A DNA stretch of 64,000 bases from a virus. The notes beneath the pieces were generated by a model. That model searched no databases. It was not told where the DNA came from and saw only the letters and a program-made list of their open reading frames with translations. This document shows positions 29,328 through 38,900 of this stretch, in pieces; positions within the stretch are counted from its first letter, which is position 1, and each line of letters starts with the position of its first letter. The stretch is from IMG/VR virus record IMGVR_UViG_3300033145_000849, positions 32,001 through 96,000 of that record. One strand, written 5' to 3'. A program made the position numbers and the translations under genes.

Positions 29328-29744
29328 TTACCCTATTCCTGGAGCCGCAAAACCAAAAGAACTTACTTTTTCTGGTGCCTTAGGAACTCTAGTAGTAGGA
29401 CTTTCTCCTGGACTAGCCATAACTTCTGCCTCTAAAGTTTTAGAATATGCCGTTGGGCGGCGAATTCTAACATACATGCCTTTTTCCAAAGCTACATACT
29501 TGTCTGGAACAATTGTATGATAGTTTATTATCTGAATTGGGATACCCTCTTCAACCTTATTGCCCACCATATCTATAAGGCTAGCATATGCTGTACCGTT
29601 TTCACTTGGCTTTTGGATATACCCATAAGGAGGTGGGTCTGGTAATTTTGCTGCTCCTGCAGTATGTGCTTGTCTATTAGCAGCTCTTTGCTGAGTTGCA
29701 TTTGTGGGAGCCTCTCCTTTTATTCCTCTATCTAGTTGGGACAT
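29328..29744 (-). CDS. Hypothetical baseplate protein (138 aa), possibly the OB-fold-like part of a split spike
   Basis: GGAGG RBS inside the upstream gene; lies directly after the hub gene. Confidence 0.55.
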   Translation of the reverse strand: MSQLDRGIKGEAPTNATQQRAANRQAHTAGAAKLPDPPPYGYIQKPSENGTAYASLIDMVGNKVEEGIPIQIINYHTIVPDKYVALEKGMYVRIRRPTAYSKTLEAEVMASPGESPTTRVPKAPEKVSSFGFAAPGIG

Positions 29745-32700
29745 TTGTTCCTCCTACCTTATCTGTAGTATAGCTATTTTGCCAGAAATTGCCTCTACTA
29801 TATTGGCCAGTACCTGTTTTAAACAAGTTAGTTACATAATCAATAGTGTCTTCCTTCCACTCATTCCAGACATTATCTCCATCTTGTTTCCAATTTCCAA
29901 GAGCAGTAGTCCAAGATGAGGACGGAATCTTTCTAGTTGGAACTCCACCGGCAAATGGACGGCCATGATATTGTAGTGGCGCCATGATAATAGGTCGAGC
30001 TAACTGTGTGTAATTAACGATCTTTTGCGATAACCAGCCACCAATAGAACCAATTAGATTTCCAGCAACACCAGCAGACCAAGCTAAATTTGGCCATACA
30101 AAGTTTCCTCCACCAAGTCTATCTCTGGTAAATTGTTCAATAACCATGCCTACAGCTTCAGCAGAAGAGATTAGAGACCATTCTGCAGCCTGAACTAACA
30201 TGTCGGGTTTAATTTCAGTAAGGAACCCATGTTCCTGATCAAACAGATGTGTAACCTGTTCTACCTCAACAGGTCCTATCATATCAGTATATCTATCAAC
30301 AACATAGCAGACATCATATGGCTTAATTTTACCATTGCCTATAATAATAATATCTCCCTTATAGATGTCCTTCATGTTCTGACATAGCAAAGAAAGAGCA
30401 TATCGTTTAGCTAGTCCTTCGTTAGTACAGTTGATAACATCTGGCAGAAGAAAAGTTCGAAGATCTTCTGCTGGAAGAGCATTATCTAGTTTAAGAGTAT
30501 AAGTTTCCTTACCTGAAGAAAGAAGTTTGCGCGCCTTGGCACCTTCGCCTCGAGCTCCAACTCCAACAGCTTCTACAGCAGAAGACAGCTTGAATTCCCT
30601 AAGCCACTCGATTGCTATAGTATTGCTAACTCCTCTAGAGTTGGCTTGTATATTATTTGCAACAATATGTTGTCCATCCGTAAGAAGATGATAATTCCGG
30701 AAGGGCTTAATGAAGCCATCTTTTAGAGCCTCGTTGAGTTGCTGTTCTCTTAAGGGTTGGGTCGCGACACTAGACTTGTGTTGGTTTTTTACTCTTTCAG
30801 CAGAAGCCCTGGCAACTCCAGCAAAATCACCATGCACTCCCATTGATCCTATTGAACTTCTCTTTGTTATTGGATGTTTATTCTCAATCTCTTTTATTTT
30901 ATTACGTAATACATCTTGTGCTCTCTGTTCTTCTGCATTCGGAGACCTAGCAAAATAAAGCTGGTTTGGAAGACCAAAGAACATAGTCATCCGTTCTCCA
31001 TATTCGTCTTTATATGGAACAGGAGACGCAATATAGTTAGGATGTCGCAGTTCCATTTCCTTAAAGATGTCCCAGATAGTTGTTCGATAGATAGTAAACT
31101 TAAGATCCTTCCAGGCCCAGCCATCGCCAAGTTCTTGAAGGTCATGTGCTGGGTGAGGTGCAAAGATATTGTCATCTTCTGGCTGAGGTCTAAACTGCCA
31201 TTTGTTAGTTAAGAGTCCTCTATTCTTGGTTCCTCCACCAGATGCAGCAGTCCATCTACCAAAGTGAATAACCTCTGGTTGTGCCATCATGTTTTCTAAT
31301 ATTTTACCAGTAGTAGCATCATCGCCAAAGCCCCATCCATACCAACCAAATATACCTGAAACAGAATGTGTAATAGGACCTTCAATGCCTTTAATGTCTT
31401 GAACAAGCTCTACTGCATAGCTTTGAGCTACAAGTTCTATTAAATCATCAGACTCAGAAAAACTGACACCCATAATTACACCATTAAAAACAGTTGGTAA
31501 ACGATCAGGATCGGAAGAATATCCCATGCGAAGACTGATATTCATGCCTTCCTGAAGCAAAAGAGAAGCAATAGGATTCTCTTTCCTAGTACCTACTTCC
31601 ATTGGATTCGGAGTTTCTACAGCAGCTTTACCTTGAGCTGTTAAAGGTTTGTCGCTGCCTTTGTTCTGACTATATTTTCTATTACTTAAGGTACCTGATA
31701 TGTTTGTTAACTGTATCACACATAAATCTGCAGCAATTTTACGGCTTTTAACTACACGAATAGACTTAACAGCATTATAGCTAAAGAAGTCATCGAAAGA
31801 GAGCCTCTTCTTTTCTCCAAAGTCATCTTCTATAAAGTATAATTTAAAGGTAGGAAAGGCCCGAATAAGACCTTGTCCCTGTCCCCTAAGCATGTCTCGA
31901 CTAAACTCGTTAACAGCAAGCATAATAGGAGAAGAAAGAGTTGATGTAACATCGTTCCTATAAACTTGAGTAGAAAGACGATCTGCTTTTTTCTTTTGTT
32001 TATCAGATACCTTTCTTTTTCTAAAAGCATCTGCGTTCATACGGTTCCAAGAAATAGGAACTTGCTCTTTGTTGGTTGGAATTGCTAACTTGGCAACCTT
32101 ATGTCTGCTTTGACCTCTTTTAACTTGTGTATCCCAACATTCAAAATGTAAATGAGGGTGCCTCATGCTATGGAATCCACTTCTACCAGAAACAGCTATA
32201 CACTCACCAGCTCGGACATGATATCCTGCTTTAATTTTAGGATTAATTTCTTGCAAATGAAGATACCTAGTATGACCTACTGGACCTTTAGGATGATTAA
32301 TCTCTATGTATCGACCTGCACCATCCCAATACAATGAACGCAATACCACTCCATCTGTTAAGGCATAAACATCAGTACCAACAGGAGTATTAACGTCTAC
32401 TCCCTTATGAACATAACCAATTCTTTTTCCCTTATTTTCTTTTTTCCATTGGTAGTATTCATCTATCGTTGCTGTGCGTATAGACTTTCCTATTCCTCCA
32501 TCTTTTTTTGATTTTTTGATTTGAGCTGGATCGACGCATCCAGCGGCAACTAAAAGATGATTAGATGTTCTCCAATCACGGCTTGCAGCTTTTTGTCTAT
32601 AGTGCCATCCTGCTCTAGACTGTCCAATGTCCCTAACATAACAAGGATTACTTTTACGAGTTAATGAAGCATAAGAAGCAACTGGACAATAAAAATCTAC

Positions 32701-35700
32701 TCCAGCTTTAGTTTCAGGTCTCTGACTAGAGTCTTCTCTTGGCCAGGTAGTCTTCAGGTTTTCAACGCCTTTCATCTCAGCAGAACTATATTTTGGATTA
32801 GAAGGAGAGTTTGGTCTATTGTTCTGCATATGTCCTGTAGTATCAAGGGGAATAGACCCATGTATTTTCCCCATAAAATCTCCATCCCATAAGAAAGACA
32901 TATCGGTGCCATGTTTAACTACACCATAAGGTTTAAGTTCAGGATTCTTTTTACCATAACTATTTCCAAGAGCTTTACCAGATCCATCTGGAACTATCTT
33001 GAGTGTTGTTTTTGGTTCACTTACAAGAGTACTATAATAAGAAAACCCTTGAGTAATGGAAGGTTGAAGTTTAGATACATCTCCTTGGTTTTTAAGCGTA
33101 GTTAAAGCTAAGGATTCTCCTCCAGCTGTGAGAAGAGGAACATATTTACTACTAAAATATTCGTCTACATTCTTCTGAGCACTTTCATAAGACTTAATAC
33201 TCATTTGTCTAGCAGCTGTAATCCAGGAAGAATCTATAAAGTTGTTGGCGTCAGTTCCTCCAAGACCACCATCATGTAGTGGGTACCATAAGTAAGAGTC
33301 TGGTTCATAGTCGAATAACGCGGTTTCACTAACGACTCCATTCTTGTCTGCTGCATATCCAGCTAGAGAAGAGAGCTGTTGGCGGAAATCTGGGTAAGCC
33401 ATAATTCCCTTGCTTAATCCATGCGAGTCCTTTATTTTTCTAAATCTTTCAAAAGCGGGTTCGTCAAGAAACAACCACTTGTCTATAAGTTCTTGTATTA
33501 GAGCTCTTTGTGCAGAGAGATAGGTCTGAAGACCCATGTCTGTCAATATACTTGTTCTCTTTTTAAAAACACCTACTGCACTTTGAGCTTCTTTATCTGG
33601 TTTTTTACCAAGCTTGCCTGTTTTCTTTTGCCAATTTAGAGTCTCTATTGCTTTTTTATAATCAGGTACTCGTCTCTCTGCAGCATACTTGTCTTTATAT
33701 TTTGCATACTTTGTTCCTTTAATAACAGCAGGAGGAAGATCACTTGTTCTATAGAATTTCTTTCTGTAAGCTTTATATCTTTGATCTACACTTTGAAGCA
33801 TTTTGTTTAAGCCTGGAACAAAATCAAGCTTGCCACCATTTGACTCAGTATCTCCAACAGAGACATATAAATTATATTCAGATAAACTATGTAAAGCTGC
33901 TTTGTATTGTTCCTCTCGACTCCAATCGTCAGGAAGACCATGAGTATCATATTGATATCCAGAACGAACTCCTTTGTAACGGAAGACTTCACTATGAACA
34001 TCCTTTAACCATTCGTTATAATTATTACGAGCTCTATCGATAAGAGCATTAATCGCTTCCTTGTTTTTATTCTGTGGAGAATTTTGTCTTTGTAATTTGT
34101 ACCAATCAATCTCGTACCATTCGTTCTGTCGATTTCGATATCCTTTTCGTCCCTCAATCGCCAAATGAACCTCTATCCATTTCCAAACTTCTTTGTAAAG
34201 GTCTTCATGACCTGTAATAAATGTTTGTTTTAATTGCTCAGGATTCTCGTCTTCTTTTGAATTACTTGTTAATCCAGCTTCTTGTAGGGTCATAGTAACC
34301 CGAGACCGACCTGGTTGATCTGGAATAGAAACAGTATTAATCCTGTATGTCACAAACTCCTTAAGATTAAGAAGGTTTAAGAAGTCATTATTAATAAATA
34401 GTGTTCGATAGCCAGCAGGAATTTGCTTAAACCTAAGAGACATGGTTTCTATCTTGTCATACATAGCGTTAAGCTCTGAAGCTGTTTCCTCAGGAACATT
34501 CATTACGAATGTTACGTTTGCATCTACGCTACCAATATGCTGAAAAGTTGGATACCTATAAGCTACTAGTGGAATTTGTGCCAAGATATTAGTAAAGGAC
34601 ACATCTATTTGTTCAATGATAGGTTTTGGACCATCTATAATAGAGCTAGGATCTATGTCTAGATTTCTTTTACGGCCCAAGATAACTACGCCGCCTGCGG
34701 TAGCATTAGATCCAGTTCCCTTCTGTATGATCTCTGTATCTATAACCTTTTTAAATCCATTAGCTAATGAACCTTCATCAGTTACTATTCCCTCGTCTTG
34801 TAGGGACTGCATAGTTTTAGCTTGTTTGGTAAGCATTCCAATAGCGTCACGTAGATTATCGCCATCGGCTCCCTGTAGTAATGAAGCAGAAGAGCTGATT
34901 CCTGTTTCACCTGAGCGTTCCATTAGTCTTTTAATAGTTTCTGATACAAGACCAGAAGTAGCAGAAGTAATTCCTTTTGACTCAGCAGAATTTATCTGTT
35001 TTCTAAGTTCTTCATTGATGTTTAAACCTTTTGCAACTAGCTTTCGATAAGCTATGTCTAATATTTCCTGATTACTAAGAGAGACTTTGCTTTCAGATGG
35101 ATCTTTTCCTGGAGACATAACATCTCCAATAACACCAAGAACTTCTTTAGGTTTTCTTAGCAAGGTATTGACCAAGTCAGCTGCCATTCGGTTAGCTAAT
35201 GCACTGGCCTTGGGTATCATCTCAAATTCTCTATACCAAAATCTAGTAGAATTATCCTCTCCGTCTTCGTGAGGCCATTTGGGAAGCTGTCCACTCTTTA
35301 CTTTGAATGGAGCATAAAAAGCTTTCCATGCTGGAGATTCCCAAGGATAGCCAGGTTTGTCGTTCTTTGCTCCAGACTTAAAGGCAAAGAGTGGAGTATA
35401 GGGGAAGTAGTTAAACCATTGAAAAACAAAAGATCCTTGAATAGCATTAGGCATTCCAAGATGTCCACAAGTGCTGAAACTCATACCAGAAAGAGCAAAT
35501 GCAAGAGGTCTGAATCTCTTATACTGAGTATATGTACCTGATACATCAAAAGCATCATCATTGGTATTGGTAGTCAAAAGCATCTTTTGAAGATAAGAGC
35601 TATAAATGGTACAGAAAGGAGTTGCCCTTAGTCCAGCTACAAGAGGAATAAGGCGCGATTCTCTATCGTCAGCGCCTTCGAATATGATATTAACAACTAC

Positions 35701-35964
35701 CTCTACCTTTCCATGTCCAGACTTAGTCTTCATAGAAGAATTAGTCCGTAAAGTGTTCCACTCATAATTTACAGAATCTTTGCTTATTGCTATTTGTGAT
35801 GGAGGAATTCGTAAAGCTACGTCATTAATAACGAAACTGTCTTCTCCTGCGTCTCCAACAATGGTCGGTTCCTGTCTTTCTCTTCTGGGATCAAGAGCCT
35901 TGGGTGCTTCTTCATTTAAGGTTAGACCAGGATTTTGGTAAGTAACAGATTTTCCAGTAGCCAA
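29728..35964 (-). CDS. Giant baseplate hub/tail-associated lysin (~2078 aa) with an M23 zinc endopeptidase domain
   Basis: HKGVD (HxxxD) near 32395-32409, TRYLHL, and HPHLHFE (HxH) near 32146-32154. C-terminal hub-like region (ISLRMGYSSD..LPTVFNGVI). GGAGG at 35975-35979 favours the TTG at 35964 over the one at 35973. Confidence 0.85.
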   Translation of the reverse strand: MATGKSVTYQNPGLTLNEEAPKALDPRRERQEPTIVGDAGEDSFVINDVALRIPPSQIAISKDSVNYEWNTLRTNSSMKTKSGHGKVEVVVNIIFEGADDRESRLIPLVAGLRATPFCTIYSSYLQKMLLTTNTNDDAFDVSGTYTQYKRFRPLAFALSGMSFSTCGHLGMPNAIQGSFVFQWFNYFPYTPLFAFKSGAKNDKPGYPWESPAWKAFYAPFKVKSGQLPKWPHEDGEDNSTRFWYREFEMIPKASALANRMAADLVNTLLRKPKEVLGVIGDVMSPGKDPSESKVSLSNQEILDIAYRKLVAKGLNINEELRKQINSAESKGITSATSGLVSETIKRLMERSGETGISSSASLLQGADGDNLRDAIGMLTKQAKTMQSLQDEGIVTDEGSLANGFKKVIDTEIIQKGTGSNATAGGVVILGRKRNLDIDPSSIIDGPKPIIEQIDVSFTNILAQIPLVAYRYPTFQHIGSVDANVTFVMNVPEETASELNAMYDKIETMSLRFKQIPAGYRTLFINNDFLNLLNLKEFVTYRINTVSIPDQPGRSRVTMTLQEAGLTSNSKEDENPEQLKQTFITGHEDLYKEVWKWIEVHLAIEGRKGYRNRQNEWYEIDWYKLQRQNSPQNKNKEAINALIDRARNNYNEWLKDVHSEVFRYKGVRSGYQYDTHGLPDDWSREEQYKAALHSLSEYNLYVSVGDTESNGGKLDFVPGLNKMLQSVDQRYKAYRKKFYRTSDLPPAVIKGTKYAKYKDKYAAERRVPDYKKAIETLNWQKKTGKLGKKPDKEAQSAVGVFKKRTSILTDMGLQTYLSAQRALIQELIDKWLFLDEPAFERFRKIKDSHGLSKGIMAYPDFRQQLSSLAGYAADKNGVVSETALFDYEPDSYLWYPLHDGGLGGTDANNFIDSSWITAARQMSIKSYESAQKNVDEYFSSKYVPLLTAGGESLALTTLKNQGDVSKLQPSITQGFSYYSTLVSEPKTTLKIVPDGSGKALGNSYGKKNPELKPYGVVKHGTDMSFLWDGDFMGKIHGSIPLDTTGHMQNNRPNSPSNPKYSSAEMKGVENLKTTWPREDSSQRPETKAGVDFYCPVASYASLTRKSNPCYVRDIGQSRAGWHYRQKAASRDWRTSNHLLVAAGCVDPAQIKKSKKDGGIGKSIRTATIDEYYQWKKENKGKRIGYVHKGVDVNTPVGTDVYALTDGVVLRSLYWDGAGRYIEINHPKGPVGHTRYLHLQEINPKIKAGYHVRAGECIAVSGRSGFHSMRHPHLHFECWDTQVKRGQSRHKVAKLAIPTNKEQVPISWNRMNADAFRKRKVSDKQKKKADRLSTQVYRNDVTSTLSSPIMLAVNEFSRDMLRGQGQGLIRAFPTFKLYFIEDDFGEKKRLSFDDFFSYNAVKSIRVVKSRKIAADLCVIQLTNISGTLSNRKYSQNKGSDKPLTAQGKAAVETPNPMEVGTRKENPIASLLLQEGMNISLRMGYSSDPDRLPTVFNGVIMGVSFSESDDLIELVAQSYAVELVQDIKGIEGPITHSVSGIFGWYGWGFGDDATTGKILENMMAQPEVIHFGRWTAASGGGTKNRGLLTNKWQFRPQPEDDNIFAPHPAHDLQELGDGWAWKDLKFTIYRTTIWDIFKEMELRHPNYIASPVPYKDEYGERMTMFFGLPNQLYFARSPNAEEQRAQDVLRNKIKEIENKHPITKRSSIGSMGVHGDFAGVARASAERVKNQHKSSVATQPLREQQLNEALKDGFIKPFRNYHLLTDGQHIVANNIQANSRGVSNTIAIEWLREFKLSSAVEAVGVGARGEGAKARKLLSSGKETYTLKLDNALPAEDLRTFLLPDVINCTNEGLAKRYALSLLCQNMKDIYKGDIIIIGNGKIKPYDVCYVVDRYTDMIGPVEVEQVTHLFDQEHGFLTEIKPDMLVQAAEWSLISSAEAVGMVIEQFTRDRLGGGNFVWPNLAWSAGVAGNLIGSIGGWLSQKIVNYTQLARPIIMAPLQYHGRPFAGGVPTRKIPSSSWTTALGNWKQDGDNVWNEWKEDTIDYVTNLFKTGTGQYSRGNFWQNSYTTDKVGGTNVPTR

Positions 35965-35993
35965 AAGCAACAAACCTCCGTGAAATTATTAGG

Positions 35994-38900
35994 TTACCCG
36001 TTTAATATATCAGATAGTTTCTGGGGCGTCAAAGATGATCGCCTGTCATTTATAGTAGAACTAACACTAGCTTGACCACCAACAGCATTACGTAATTGCT
36101 GGCTGAGAGAGCTATAGTCAGCTCCACCATCAGATTGTCCTAAAATAGAGATCTTATGTCTAGAGGGACCTGCAATCCTAGCTGTATTAGCAGAACCAAT
36201 TGGACTTGGTGCAGAGGGAGATCCTCTTGTAGCACTACCAGAATGTCCTCCTACAGGAAGGTTAGATCCACCAGAACCACTCTGAAGTATGGGTCTAGGA
36301 GGAGTATTGGCTCCTGGTCCTAAAGTCCTGGGAGGAGCGCTTAGTATCGTTGCTAATCCAATAGCTGCTGCTCCACCTAAAGCAACTGGTTTAGCCCATG
36401 GAATCATAGATCTTCCAGCTGCACCCATCCTGTTTACCATGCTCATGCCTTTACTAACGACATTAGCCATAGAGCCTTTTGGTGTAGCAACATCAGCAAA
36501 GAAAGATCCATAGGGAGACATTGCTAGTGCTTCTCGATTAGACATTGCGGCAATCTCTCTTGCTCCAGAAGGCTTAGCTTTTCCCATGAGAAGATTTCTT
36601 AAACGGAAAGCATTAACTCCTCCTACTTGAACATTCTCCATTGCCCTTAAAGAATGAGCTACGTTTTGAGCAGTTTTATCTATACCTATACCAGGAATAA
36701 ACTCTGTAGTTCGCCTGCCAGAGATAGGGTCTTCTATAAGAGCTGTAAGGCCACCTTCTAATGCTGCTTTACCCTCAGCGGTTGATTTGTCCATAACACT
36801 TCTGGCAACATTACTAATACTTCCTCCATCTCTACTCTTCATTGATTGGGCTATTTGGTCAAACAAGTCTATCATCTTTGTTGATTCTGAAGCTTTAATA
36901 TGTTTACCAGAAATAGGAGTATTCTCCATCCATTCAAGAAGACCTAAAGCTTTCTGTGAATCTGCACCCGACAGTTTTCCTGCATTAGCTAACACAGCAG
37001 CCCTGCCTTCCTGTAAAGCCATGGACACTTTACCAAGAGCACCAGGTCTCTTTGTGATTCCAACAGCTACCGTTTGCCCAGCCATAATCTGCCTTAAGGA
37101 AGTAACACCTTCTTGACCAGCTTTTGCTTTAAGAATCTGAGTTCTAATACTGTGTTCTCTATAAGCCGCCATGGCTTCTGGATCTGCCAAATGTGTTGCA
37201 AGGTTTTTCTCTAGTTGAGGACCTGCAAGTATAGCTGATATAACATCTCCGTCAGTATCAGCAGCCATTCCAATCATGGGAGAAAGCAAGATAGGACTAG
37301 CAGCGCCTTCTGCGATCCGTCTTGCTCCGTCTCGTTGAAACTTTCTTAGAGCATTTCCCTCAAGTTTACCTTGAGCCATAACAGTGTTTCGGACCTCTGT
37401 ATTCATAGCAATTACAGCTTCTTTCCCAGCTATCTTTCTGAACCATACAGCTTGTGTACTGTAAGGTCCTATGTGAGGATGTCTAGCAACCATGCCAGCA
37501 ATTCGTTCTCCAGCCATAAACTTTTTCTGCATTCCAGTAACGTCATGTCCAAGTTTCTCTAGATCTTTAAACATTTTCTCAGCATAATTGGCTGTAATAC
37601 CAGCAGTAAATCTGTCTTTCAAAATATTAACATCACGTATTCCTGGTTGTACTGCTGTAAGAGCCATGCTACCAGGTAGTCTTCCTCTTAGAAGCCCGCC
37701 AACTCCTCCAACTGTCAAAGCTTTAGAATATGCTAGTTCAGATCCTAACTTATCAACCTGTGCCATCATACCTTCTTTAGTTAAGTTCCTAGCGTCATAC
37801 TCACCTGCAGCATCAATAACATTCCTATAAGCTCTAGATAGATCTGTGTTAACAACCTTGCCTGTAGCAGTTTTATATCCAGCAAGCTGTTTTAGATTAG
37901 TTGCTGAAGGCATATAGATATCGCCGACTCCTTTGATCCTTAAGTAGCCAGCTTCTGATGGCATTGCTAAGCTTGACATGTCCTTAAGACCAGCAGAAAT
38001 CTCTTGAGCAGATCTGGCACCGGATACTTTCTTAAGACCAGTTACACTTCCTAATGCCTTTTCTAATTCTGATTGCTCCATTAGTCTTTCTGGATAAAAG
38101 CCCATCATTCTCTCTGCTATATCTTTCTGTATCTTTGGTCCGAGAGCTCCAAAGTGAGCACCGCCTGCCAGTTCAAACATTCTAGGTTCGATAGTAGCTG
38201 CTCGACCTGCCCCTGGTCCCCCTAGTCCACCAAAAAACATTTGAGTAGTTCCAACAGCTTTACCAAGAGACATTTCTCTTGCTTCCCTCTCTGATATTTC
38301 CATTCCTTGACCCGTCATCCAATCATAGATTCCTGCAGCTCCACCTTTAATATCGAAGACAGTAGGTACAGCACCAAACACTCCACCAATTTGTTTAGAA
38401 GTAAGTCTAGACTCTTTACCTATAGACCAAAGTTGTTTAAGCATTAATTCGTCAGAGAATCCACTAGCAGCTTTAGTTGCTTCTCGGGCAGCTGCACGCA
38501 TATTAGCAACTTCAACAAAAGGAGACTCTACGAACTTACGTGACAATTCACCAAACTGTTTGTTACCAGCTTGACTCATATTGACTTGAGACATTTCCCA
38601 AAGAGAAGTAAACATTTGGTCGTAGTGTAATTGTCTATTCTTTTTAAGTTCTGTCATAGAGATAATAGCGTCTGCTCCTGATATACCGAACAACTTTTTA
38701 AACTTGTCCATATATCCACTATCAGCAACCATTGCCATTCCCTTATGTCCACCAAGCAATTTTGCATACTTAGGATCAGTTATTTCTCTTTCCCCTACTA
38801 GACTAATAATATCCCCTCGACTTGCACTTCCTTCGATTTGAGTGCCAGCAACTATTCTCATTGCACTAGGAGCAGTAACAGGTCTTCCTTCAGGAGACAT

